Below are positions 1-8,365 of a stretch of DNA of 64,000 nucleotides, one piece after another. The notes under the pieces were generated by a model. It searched no databases and was not told the origin of the DNA. It was given only the letters and a program-made list of their open reading frames with translations. Both the position numbers and the translations under genes were made by a program. Positions within the stretch are counted from its first letter, which is position 1. Every line of letters begins with the position of its first letter. The stretch is taken from positions 384,001 through 448,000 of the forward strand of contig CBDBHB010000007.1 in NCBI GenBank assembly GCA_965205505.1, given 5' to 3'. Source of the stretch: Acidobacteriota bacterium. GTDB taxonomy: Bacteria; Acidobacteriota; UBA890; WLXD01.

Positions 1-186
1 ACGGAGCGCCTGATACAGAGCTCCGGTGGTGGGCTTCAGCTTGCCGCGCGACCGCGCCTCGATCTCCTTGCCGATGGCATAGCCGTGTGCGGCCTTGTCG
101 GCCAACGCCAGCAGCACGTGGAACGAGAGGTTGCTGAGCGGAATCAGTGACTCCGCCGACTGCTCTGCGGTGGCGCTACCTTGCAC
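1..186 (-). CDS. PadR-family transcriptional regulator (runs off the window edge)
   Basis: Manual translation: LSNLSFHVLLALADKAAHGYAIGKEIEARSRGKLKPTTGALYQALR, a typical PadR HGY...G.LY..L motif; probable GTG start at 186. Confidence 0.8.
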   Translation of the reverse strand, partial: MQGSATAEQSAESLIPLSNLSFHVLLALADKAAHGYAIGKEIEARSRGKLKPTTGALYQALR

Positions 187-377
187 GGAAAGGATCGCTC
201 CAGGAGGCTCGCCGGCGCGGCAACATTGGCCGCACACGCGAGAGAAATGAGGTATCGAAGACTAGAGTGACAACAACTATAGTTGTCAACAGGCTACCTT
301 GCAACACCAAAGGTTGCGGAGGCGGCTCGGTAGACCTCGGGCACTCGCCCCTGGTTCGCCAGCGCACGCCGCCGGGC

Positions 378-1988
378 TCACCGCTCCTCGCTGGTCGCCG
401 TCGCCTCGCGGATCTCGGTCAGGTCGGCCAGATCAACATCTGCGTTAGCCCAGTTGTCACGCAGCTGTGCGTACGCTGCCGCGGCGCGGGCGCTCTCACC
501 GACCGCCTCGGCCGCACGTGCCAGACCCAACAAGGTGACCGCCCGACCGGGCGTACGCTCCAAAGCGCGATCGTAGTGCGCGACCGCCGCGCCGGGGTCT
601 CCGGACTCACGCAACACGTCCGCCAGCAACTCGTGGGCCGGCTTCACCGGCACGGGTGGCCCGAAGGCGAACGGCTGCTCGTCTTCGATCGCTGTCGCCT
701 CCTCGAGCTGCTTGATGGCACCGTTGGTATCTCCCGCATCCAGCGCCAGCAACGCGCGTATCTCCAGCTCGACGATACGGCTCGGGGCATTGCGTCCCCG
801 CCAATCGCCCGCCTCGGAGCTGCCCAGCATTGCAGACACATCGCGAAGCGCCGCCTCCGCGGCGCCGCGATCCCCGCGCGCCAGTGCGGCAACCAGCTGA
901 GCGTACTGGTGGCTTGCGCGCGTGGCACCGTCAACATCGAGGTCGCTGGCGATAGCGGCCAGATCATCCCCGCCAGCGGCAACGATGTGCGCCGCGCGCA
1001 TCGCGCCTAGAACACGGCGCATTCCCGGGCTCTCACCGTCGGTCCCCAGTTCGGCGACGAAGCCGTCGATAAGGGCGCGCGCAGCGTTGTAGCGACCCTG
1101 CTGCAGGAACGCATAGTGCTCCCACAAGCGCGCGTGGTAGCCGCGAGCCGCTTTGCTGAGGCCCTTGCGCTGCTGGCGCCGCACCGAGGCCTGCCAGGAT
1201 TCCTCGTTCAAGCCGGCAACCTCGTCCCACATGCCCAGCGCCACGAAGATGTGCGTCGGCATGTGCAGGGCGTGACCGGCGCGTTGCGCCACCTCGGAGT
1301 ACAGCCGCGCCGCGCGCAACCCCAGCGGCGCATGGGTCGGATCATCGTAGGAGTGGATCAGGTAGTGGAGCGCCCCCGGATGATCAGGGTTGGTCGCGTA
1401 GACCTCCTCCACTACCGCGGCGGCCTTCATGTAACGCGTGATATCGCGACCGTCGTGACAGGTGCCGAGGATCGACAGCGCGTAGAAGGCGCGCGCATCG
1501 GCATCGTCCGGATACTTGCGCATGAGTTGTTGCATGGCGTCGCTGTACGCGTAGTCACGCTCACGCTTGTCGCCGTTGCCGTACATCACTTCGATCGTGT
1601 GCAGGTAGTCGCGCTCGCGCTCGGTGCCGGCCTTGGCGTAGCGCGCCTCAGCCGTCGCGCCGAGCGTCGCCAGTGCGGCACGCGCGGCGTCCCGATCTTG
1701 CTGCTGCCAGATCGGGTGGTTGTGAGTCTGAGCCTCGCCCCAATAGGCCATGGCGAAGTCAGGATCGATCTCATGCGCTGCCTGGAACGCCTCGCGAGCG
1801 TCTTCGTATTCGAAGCTGTGCAACAGCAGCAGCCCGCGTATGAACATGTCCTGGGCTTCCGGCGCGCCCGAGTTGGCGAACGCCAGCTCACCCAGGCCTT
1901 GTTCTTGGCCCCTTGCAATGCCCGGCGCTATAGCGGCAACGAGCAACAGGATAAGGGGCGTGACGATCCGCGATGTGATGTGTCGCAT
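378..1988 (-). CDS. Secreted tetratricopeptide-repeat protein
   Basis: Signal peptide after MRHITS; DPDFAMAYWG, PDHPGALHYLIH and GHALHMPTHIF motifs of a widespread TPR family. Confidence 0.75.
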   Translation of the reverse strand: MRHITSRIVTPLILLLVAAIAPGIARGQEQGLGELAFANSGAPEAQDMFIRGLLLLHSFEYEDAREAFQAAHEIDPDFAMAYWGEAQTHNHPIWQQQDRDAARAALATLGATAEARYAKAGTERERDYLHTIEVMYGNGDKRERDYAYSDAMQQLMRKYPDDADARAFYALSILGTCHDGRDITRYMKAAAVVEEVYATNPDHPGALHYLIHSYDDPTHAPLGLRAARLYSEVAQRAGHALHMPTHIFVALGMWDEVAGLNEESWQASVRRQQRKGLSKAARGYHARLWEHYAFLQQGRYNAARALIDGFVAELGTDGESPGMRRVLGAMRAAHIVAAGGDDLAAIASDLDVDGATRASHQYAQLVAALARGDRGAAEAALRDVSAMLGSSEAGDWRGRNAPSRIVELEIRALLALDAGDTNGAIKQLEEATAIEDEQPFAFGPPVPVKPAHELLADVLRESGDPGAAVAHYDRALERTPGRAVTLLGLARAAEAVGESARAAAAYAQLRDNWANADVDLADLTEIREATATSEER

Positions 1989-2125
1989 GGGTCCTCCAGA
2001 AGATCCCTTGGGGTCCGCTAACGGTGCGTGCAAGGTACCCACAATAGTCCAGGCGCGCGGCGCGCTCCACGGCGTCGGGACCCATCCGGCCAATTTGCGC
2101 CGCGCACGCGTTGTCGAGCAGGGTG

Positions 2126-3082
2126 CTACAGGACAAGCCTGCCGACGTAGACGGCGTAACCGGCAAGCAGCAGCGCACCTTCCCAGCGCACCATGGCCCG
2201 GTGCAAACCCAGACCGAGCGTCATGGCAACGCTGAACACCAGCACCACCGGAATATCGAAGCTGACGATCTCGTCGGCGACCGGGAGCGGCCGAATCATT
2301 GCCCCGACGCCCAGCGCGCCGAGCAGATTGAAGATATTGCTGCCGACGATATTGCCCACCAGCACGTCGGTCTCACCGCGCATCGCGGCCACTACCGAGG
2401 TCGCCAGCTCCGGCAGCGACGTCCCCAGCGCCACCACGCTCACCGAGATCACGAACTCGCTGACGCCGAACGCACGCGCCAGCTGCAGCGCCGAGCCGAC
2501 CAGCAGATGGGCGCCGACAACGAGACCGACGAGCCCGGCCACGACTCGGCCACATTCCACCCCCAGGTGGACCTGCGGGGCTGAGCCGGAAGCTATTCCG
2601 GCGCGCTCGCGCTCCGCTGTGGTGGGCGCGAGCTCGGTCTCGCCGCGCGCCCAGCGCAGCGTCAGCCAGGTGAATCCCAGCAAGGCGCCGAGCAGCCCGA
2701 CGCCGGCCAACCGACCGATCTCACCGGTGCTCGCCAGCAGGTAAACGAGCACCGTGACTGCGAGCATGATTGGCATCTCGCGCCGTAACACTCGCGTGTG
2801 CACCGGAATCGGGCGCAGCAGCGCCGTGATCCCCAGAATCAATCCGATGTTGGCGATGTTGCTGCCGAAGACGTTGCCAAGAACTATGTCGGTGTTACCG
2901 CGCCAGGCCGCCACACCGCCGGCCACCATCTCCGGCATCGACGTACCGAAAGCCACCACGGTGAGACCGATGGCCAGCGAGGAGATTCGCAGTGATAGAG
3001 CGATCCGCGACGATCCTCGAACGAGCCACTCCGCACCCCAGTAGAGGGCAACCAGACCGAGGGCGAGAGAGAGAAAGGTCAT
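2126..3082 (-). CDS. Calcium/sodium (cation:Ca2+) antiporter, YrbG-like
   Basis: Two alpha-repeats GTSMPE/GTSLPE and GNVFGSNIAN/GNIVGSNIFN; about 10 TM segments. Confidence 0.92.
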   Translation of the reverse strand: MTFLSLALGLVALYWGAEWLVRGSSRIALSLRISSLAIGLTVVAFGTSMPEMVAGGVAAWRGNTDIVLGNVFGSNIANIGLILGITALLRPIPVHTRVLRREMPIMLAVTVLVYLLASTGEIGRLAGVGLLGALLGFTWLTLRWARGETELAPTTAERERAGIASGSAPQVHLGVECGRVVAGLVGLVVGAHLLVGSALQLARAFGVSEFVISVSVVALGTSLPELATSVVAAMRGETDVLVGNIVGSNIFNLLGALGVGAMIRPLPVADEIVSFDIPVVLVFSVAMTLGLGLHRAMVRWEGALLLAGYAVYVGRLVL

Positions 3083-3116
3083 ACAGGCTCAGAGTCGGTG
3101 GGAGCGCCCGCATAGC

Positions 3117-3152
3117 CTAGCAGGCTGCCACACTTCCACCACGGCCTGCTAG
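3117..3152. repeat. CTAG-flanked mini inverted-repeat element (IS-end or MITE relic)
   Basis: CTAGCAGGCTG...CGGCCTGCTAG; the right part recurs with 24/25 identity at 18282-18306. Confidence 0.55.
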
Positions 3153-3177
3153 CAGCCGCGCCCAGGCATTCGATGCT

Positions 3178-3615
3178 TCAGGATGCGAAAGGATCCAGCG
3201 CGCGGACTCCCGAGAACTTCCCGAAATCGGTGTCGTTGGAATACAGCACCGGCACACCGTGCTCCAACAGCAGGGCGACGAGATGTGCGTCGGGCGTCAG
3301 GTTGCCGCGTACAACGACCCCGCGCGTGACCTCGCCGTAGCACTCCCAGAATCGTTCGCCTTCGCCCAGGACGCGCACGTTGGGCAGTGACAGCAGCGAC
3401 TCCACGTTGGCGACCGCCGCCGCCGGTGTCAGGGGGTTTGCGAAGATACGGGTGTGGGTGGCGATGCGCAGATAGCTCATCAGCGTCGGCCAACCGAGGC
3501 AGAAGAGCTCGGCGCCACCTACCCGCTGGCGCAAGAACTCCGCTGCCCGCTGGTGAAACGGCGAGCCGGTGTCGGATGCGTACAGCAGGATGTTGGCGTC
3601 GACGGCAAAGCTCAC
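3178..3615 (-). CDS. vapC: VapC PIN-domain toxin
   Basis: VDANILLYA...DAHLVALLLEHG...SNDTDF PIN motifs; GTG start overlaps the antitoxin stop (GTGA). Confidence 0.9.
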   Translation of the reverse strand: MSFAVDANILLYASDTGSPFHQRAAEFLRQRVGGAELFCLGWPTLMSYLRIATHTRIFANPLTPAAAVANVESLLSLPNVRVLGEGERFWECYGEVTRGVVVRGNLTPDAHLVALLLEHGVPVLYSNDTDFGKFSGVRALDPFAS

Positions 3616-3848
3616 GAATCGTTGTCGAGAGCGGCGTGCAGCGCGTCCTTGTCGCCGATGTCGACGAGCGCACGCATGTCTTGCACCGTCCACTGCAGCT
3701 CGCGCACAACAGAATTGCTGGTGCGCCCCGCGAGCGCCACGCTCAAAAGATCCGATACGAGCCGTCCAAGTGACTTACCTTCGGCACGCTGCAACCTCTT
3801 GATCTCCTGTAACACCGGCGTGTCGATATCCACCGTGGTCCTTGCCAT
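3612..3848 (-). CDS. vapB: VapB-type antitoxin (RHH/CopG-like)
   Basis: MARTTVDID...GKSLGRLVSDLL; 78 aa immediately upstream of the PIN toxin. Confidence 0.85.
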   Translation of the reverse strand: MARTTVDIDTPVLQEIKRLQRAEGKSLGRLVSDLLSVALAGRTSNSVVRELQWTVQDMRALVDIGDKDALHAALDNDS

Positions 3849-3935
3849 GCATCAGATACTAGCAAATTATTCATCAGATGACAGTACTATTCGATGCCGA
3901 TTGGTGGGCGCCGACTTCGGTACGATAAGAAGGTT

Positions 3936-5234
3936 ATGAGCTCGATGATTCCGGCGCCAGCGAAGCTTCTCAGGATTCTCATCCTCGCAGCGCTGCCATT
4001 CGCTGTCCCGGGCGCGGTGCTGGCTCAGAGCAACGCGGAAAGCGTTGACGCTGCAGGGCACCGCGATGGTCCGAAGCGCCCCCTACGGATCGCCGGCGAG
4101 CAGGAAGAACCCGACGAGGACCCGAACGACATCCGCGTGTTCTGGCACGACGGCCTGCGCATGGAAACCGCCGACAAGCGGTTTCAGCTCCAGATCGGCG
4201 GACGCGTTCACCTCGACACCGCGTTCTTCGCCGACGAGAACGCCTTCGGCGGCCGTTTCGGCAAGCTCGAGAACACCACCGAGGTGCGGCGCGGGAGGCT
4301 ACACCTTCTGGGCTACATGTACGGCAGCGTAGATTACAAGTTCGAGCTCGACTTCGCCGGCGGCCAGGCCGAAGTCAGGGACATGTACCTCGGCGTGCGG
4401 AATCTTCCGATGACGTTGCGCCTCGGCCACCAGAAGGAGCCGTGGAGCATCGAGGCGCAGACCAGCAGCCGTTTCATCACCTTCATGGAGCGCTCGCTGG
4501 CGATCGTCTTCTCACCCGACCGCAACTTCGGAGTACGGGTGGAGAAGGTCACGGGCGGGCGCACCAGCTGGTCGGCCGGGGTGTTCCGCGAGACCGACGG
4601 CTTCGCCGCAGCGGTGGGAGACAACTACAACCTCAGCGGACGTGTCACCCATGCGCCGATCCTGCAGGACGACGGGCGCCAGCTCCTGCACCTGGGAGTC
4701 GCCTATACGCACAAGCTCGTCGACGGTGCTTTGACGCTCGACCTGCGTCCGGACGTGCACACAGCTCCGAAGCTCGTGCAGCTCGTGGTCCCGGCAACCT
4801 CGGCCGACTACCTGCAGGGCGAGGTATCCGCCAACGTCGGCTCCCTCGGGCTACAGGGTGAGTACGTGCAAGCGTGGTTGAAATCGGTCGAGCGCAACGA
4901 CCCATCGCTCAACGGCTGGTACCTGCAGGGAAGCTACTTCATCACCGGGGAGTCCCGACCTTACACAGGAACTCTGTTCGGCCGGCTGAACCCAAATCAC
5001 AACTTCCTGGACGGCGGCTCCGGAGCCTGGGAGATCGCGGCGCGCTACGCTCGCGCCAATCTGAGCGAGGGCACAGAAACGGGGCTCGGTGTGCTCGCAG
5101 CGTTCACCGCCGGACTCAACTGGTACTGGAACCCCAACGTCCGATTGATGTTCAACTACACGCGTGCCGATGTCACGGACCTGGGCACTGACCCGACATC
5201 GATCTACCAGTGGCGAGTAGCGTTCGACCTCTAG
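3936..5234 (+). CDS. OprO/OprP-family phosphate-selective porin
   Basis: RRGRL, G.QKEP.S.E..TSS...TFMERS, WEIAARY, GLNWYWNPN; signal peptide; RBS before ATG at 3936. Confidence 0.88.
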   Translation: MSSMIPAPAKLLRILILAALPFAVPGAVLAQSNAESVDAAGHRDGPKRPLRIAGEQEEPDEDPNDIRVFWHDGLRMETADKRFQLQIGGRVHLDTAFFADENAFGGRFGKLENTTEVRRGRLHLLGYMYGSVDYKFELDFAGGQAEVRDMYLGVRNLPMTLRLGHQKEPWSIEAQTSSRFITFMERSLAIVFSPDRNFGVRVEKVTGGRTSWSAGVFRETDGFAAAVGDNYNLSGRVTHAPILQDDGRQLLHLGVAYTHKLVDGALTLDLRPDVHTAPKLVQLVVPATSADYLQGEVSANVGSLGLQGEYVQAWLKSVERNDPSLNGWYLQGSYFITGESRPYTGTLFGRLNPNHNFLDGGSGAWEIAARYARANLSEGTETGLGVLAAFTAGLNWYWNPNVRLMFNYTRADVTDLGTDPTSIYQWRVAFDL

Positions 5235-5251
5235 CAGGCCTCGCTAGCGCG

Positions 5252-6259
5252 TCAGAAAATCGCCGCGAATCGACCAACGAACCAGTACGCCGCGACGATG
5301 CCGATCGCGTACGGCGGCAGCGCTGCGGCCCAACGTGGCCGCTGTACGTAGCGGCGCGCGGCAAGCCTCGCGAGCGCCAACATCAGGCCGACGAACAGCA
5401 GTTGCCCGATCTCGACGCCGATGTTAAAGAACAGCAGAGCGATGGGAACGTCGCCCGCCGGTAGTCCCAGCTCGGTCAGAGCGCCCGCAAACCCGAGTCC
5501 GTGTAGTAACCCGAAGCCGAAGGCAGCGATCCACGGGTAGCGCACCGTGAGGGTGTGATCGCCGCGGGTCGCGTGCACCAGTTCAGCAGCGACAAACACG
5601 ATGCTGAGAGCGATGGTGGACTCCACCGCGCTCGGCGGGACGCGCACGAAGCCGAGCGTAGCCAGTCCAAGCGTGATGCTGTGAGCGACGGTGAACGCGG
5701 TGATGGTCTTCACCAGCAGCCATCGACTCTCCACCAGGAGCAGCAGGGCGAGCACGAACAGCAGGTGATCGATGCCGGCGAGAATATGCGCGATCCCGAG
5801 CCTCGCGTACGTCTGTGCCACCTCCAGGGTCGAGGGCTCCGCGGTAACAACCAGCGATGGGGATCGAGCTCGTAGCATCGATGTCCGAACCGCGCCAGTA
5901 GCGGCTTCGATCCGCACCAGGACCTCTGCGTTGGTGTTTGCAAGGCCATCGACCTCCACCACCCCGCCCTCCAGCCCGCCATCGCACTCGACCGTCCAGC
6001 GGCCAACTCGCGCGATGGCCGTACGCGTGACTCGTGGCTCGCTCGTGGCACGGCAATTCTCGGGAAAGACGGGGGTGAGTCCCAGCGCAAGATCCGGGGT
6101 CGGCACCTTCCACAGCACACTGTATGCACCCGGCGCGGTCTCCCGGATCTGGAGAAACTCCGGCCACAGCTCGTGCGCCAGCGCCGGCGCGGCTGTGCCG
6201 AGCAATGTAATCAGCACACCGAGCGCTACGCCCCCGGCGACGACAGCTCGCCACCTCAC
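5252..6259 (-). CDS. HupE/UreJ-family membrane protein
   Basis: GIAHILAGIDHLLF, TAFTVAHSITL, FGLLHGLGFA, FNIGVEIGQ. Confidence 0.9.
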   Translation of the reverse strand: MRWRAVVAGGVALGVLITLLGTAAPALAHELWPEFLQIRETAPGAYSVLWKVPTPDLALGLTPVFPENCRATSEPRVTRTAIARVGRWTVECDGGLEGGVVEVDGLANTNAEVLVRIEAATGAVRTSMLRARSPSLVVTAEPSTLEVAQTYARLGIAHILAGIDHLLFVLALLLLVESRWLLVKTITAFTVAHSITLGLATLGFVRVPPSAVESTIALSIVFVAAELVHATRGDHTLTVRYPWIAAFGFGLLHGLGFAGALTELGLPAGDVPIALLFFNIGVEIGQLLFVGLMLALARLAARRYVQRPRWAAALPPYAIGIVAAYWFVGRFAAIF

Positions 6260-6729
6260 TACTGTGCTGCTTCCGGCGCGCTCGACTCAGTGAGCAAGCG
6301 GTCCAGCCGCTCGTCTTCAATTGTCACGTTGTAGCGATCCAGGAGAGCCGCATACGCAGCGTCATCGCCGGGCTGAGATTGATCGCCTAAATCCTCGAGG
6401 ATGAACTGCATTCTTTGCGCCAGCCGACGACGGATCACCGAGTCTTCTTGGTCCAAGCCCAATGCCAGCCCTTCGAGATAGAGCACCTCGATGCGGACAT
6501 AAGCGCGGAGCTGGCCGAGCAGCTCCGCCTCGGTGGGAGGTCGCTGCCACTGCTGCTCCCAGATGTCCGCGAGCCGCTGGATGTCGTCCGCGGTAACAAC
6601 AACGCTGTCACCCTGGTCTGCGCGGTCGTTGCCGAACAGCGCCACTAGCAAGAATAGCGCCGTGCCAGCGAGCAGAAAGTGCACCAGCGGCTCGCGCAGC
6701 AAGGTGGCGCGCGGCGACGGTTCGCTCAC
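6259..6729 (-). CDS. Shortened PPIase (rotamase)-like partner of HupE/UreJ
   Basis: LREPLVHFLLAG...W.RPPT..EL...EVLY.EG.ALGLD..D.VIRRRLAQ N-terminus; the central PPIase region appears absent. Confidence 0.65.
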   Translation of the reverse strand: MSEPSPRATLLREPLVHFLLAGTALFLLVALFGNDRADQGDSVVVTADDIQRLADIWEQQWQRPPTEAELLGQLRAYVRIEVLYLEGLALGLDQEDSVIRRRLAQRMQFILEDLGDQSQPGDDAAYAALLDRYNVTIEDERLDRLLTESSAPEAAQ

Positions 6730-6957
6730 CAGCGGCGACCCTGCGCCGATCCAGCAATGCTCGGTTTTGTCACGTTGCCCTCTGTGCGGTGCTCGAGTGC
6801 GGTCAGAAGCTGAAGCGCGCTCCGAAGATGTCCGCGCGTGACGATGTGCCAGGCGAAGCGCGCTGCTCCCGCGCCGGTCTCGTAGTCGTTTGGGAAGATA
6901 CAACGATACCCGAGACCGCGATCAACGATACGGGAAAGCACGTAGCCCGAGGCACGG

Positions 6958-7275
6958 TTGCGTGAGCGTCTGCCGGAGGCCCGATTCGTCGATCTTCTCG
7001 ACCAGGCGACGTATCGTGAGCTGAGTGCTCGGCCCGAGCGGCTCGTGAGGGCGTGGAGTCCGCAGGAACGGAGCCGGGCCGTCGAAGTGAAGAATACTCG
7101 GCGGATCCGACCGGAGGATTTGCGCTCGCTTCGCGCGTTCAAGACAAATTATTCCGAGGCTGAGCTATTGCTCTTGTATCGCGGTACCGAGCGCCGCAGG
7201 ATCGGCGACGTGCTCTGCCTGCCGGTCGACGAGTTCCTCGTCGAGCTCTCGCCTTCGGCCTCGCTGCCCGGATGA
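6958..7275 (+). pseudogene. AAA+ ATPase/DUF4143 protein remnant (N- and C-terminal pieces fused)
   Basis: N-terminal FVDLLD...RPERL joined directly to the C-terminal AVEVK...DLRSL..F...LLLYRG PD-(D/E)XK tail. Confidence 0.6.
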
Positions 7276-7346
7276 GTCAATCCGTCTCCTCTTGAATACA
7301 AACGCAGCACTCGATCCCCTGACCCTCTCGCCGAGCTGGTGACGAT

Positions 7347-8291
7347 ATGGCCAACCAGCACACACGGATTAGCTGCTCGACAAACTTGCGGAGCCTGGGT
7401 GTCTTCATCGCGCTTCTGCTGGCTGCGCCGGTGATCGAGGCCCAGGAGACGGTGGAGGAGCGTTTCTCGGCGTCCGCTCCGCTGAGTGCTGCCGTGGCGG
7501 AGCAACGCCGGTGGGCGGGTCCCGGCGGAACCGACCTGCCCTTCACGACCGAGGACGAGATCCTGGACTTTCTCCGCACTGCGGAGGTCGTCGGGACGGA
7601 AGATATCGACGTCGGCGTGACCCGCCCGGTCCAGGTAACGCTGGAGAAAGATGGGGTGCGCGCCCGCGCGATCTTTCACGACGTCGATGTCGAGGTGCGG
7701 AACCAGCGCATCGGAGAGCAATTCTACTTTTCGTTTCACGACAGCTACCGCGCTCAATGCGCCGCCTACGCGTTGGCCCGCCTTCTGGGACTCAGAAACG
7801 TCCCCCCCACGGTCTGTCGGGCTATTAGGCGGCGCTACGGCAGCTTGCAGCTCTGGATAGAAGGGGCGCTGACGGAGGGAGCGCGCGCGGAACAGAAGCT
7901 GCGCCCCCCGGACTTCCGGCGCTGGACCTTGCAGCTCAATACGATTCGTCTGTTCGATGCGCTGCTGTTCAATGATGACCGTAACGCGGGAAACATCCTC
8001 ATCGATCCGGAATGGGTGTTGTGGATGATCGATCACACGCGGGCCTTCCAGCAGATCGAGAAGCTGCTGAACGTCGACGGGGTCATCCTCTGCGAACGGG
8101 ACCTGTGGCAACGGCTGCAGACACTCGGCGACAGCGTCATCGAAGACAGTCTGAGCGAGTTCTTCGAGGGATCGGAGATCAGAGCTTTGCTGAAGCGGCG
8201 AGAGTTACTGGTAGCGCGAATCCAAGGGCTGATCGATGCGCACGGTGAAGACCGGATCCTGTTCTCCTGGGACGACCTTGCACTACGCTGA
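7347..8291 (+). CDS. Exported PI3/4-kinase/HipA-like fold protein (paralog 1)
   Basis: Signal peptide; AAY.LARLLGL..VPPTV, GSLQLW, FDALLFNDDRNAGNIL, WMIDH. Confidence 0.7.
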   Translation: MANQHTRISCSTNLRSLGVFIALLLAAPVIEAQETVEERFSASAPLSAAVAEQRRWAGPGGTDLPFTTEDEILDFLRTAEVVGTEDIDVGVTRPVQVTLEKDGVRARAIFHDVDVEVRNQRIGEQFYFSFHDSYRAQCAAYALARLLGLRNVPPTVCRAIRRRYGSLQLWIEGALTEGARAEQKLRPPDFRRWTLQLNTIRLFDALLFNDDRNAGNILIDPEWVLWMIDHTRAFQQIEKLLNVDGVILCERDLWQRLQTLGDSVIEDSLSEFFEGSEIRALLKRRELLVARIQGLIDAHGEDRILFSWDDLALR

Positions 8292-8365
8292 GTCTCCTAG
8301 ACCTGTAACAGAGGTTCCTCGCGTATTGCTGGGTCAACGCCTGCGTGGTCTAGGCTATCCGCATC

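Noticed and set aside
147-2021. Long plus-strand ORFs (287 and 301 aa) and similar shadow ORFs throughout the window
   Set aside because: Antisense to well-supported genes with no motifs; typical of high-GC DNA
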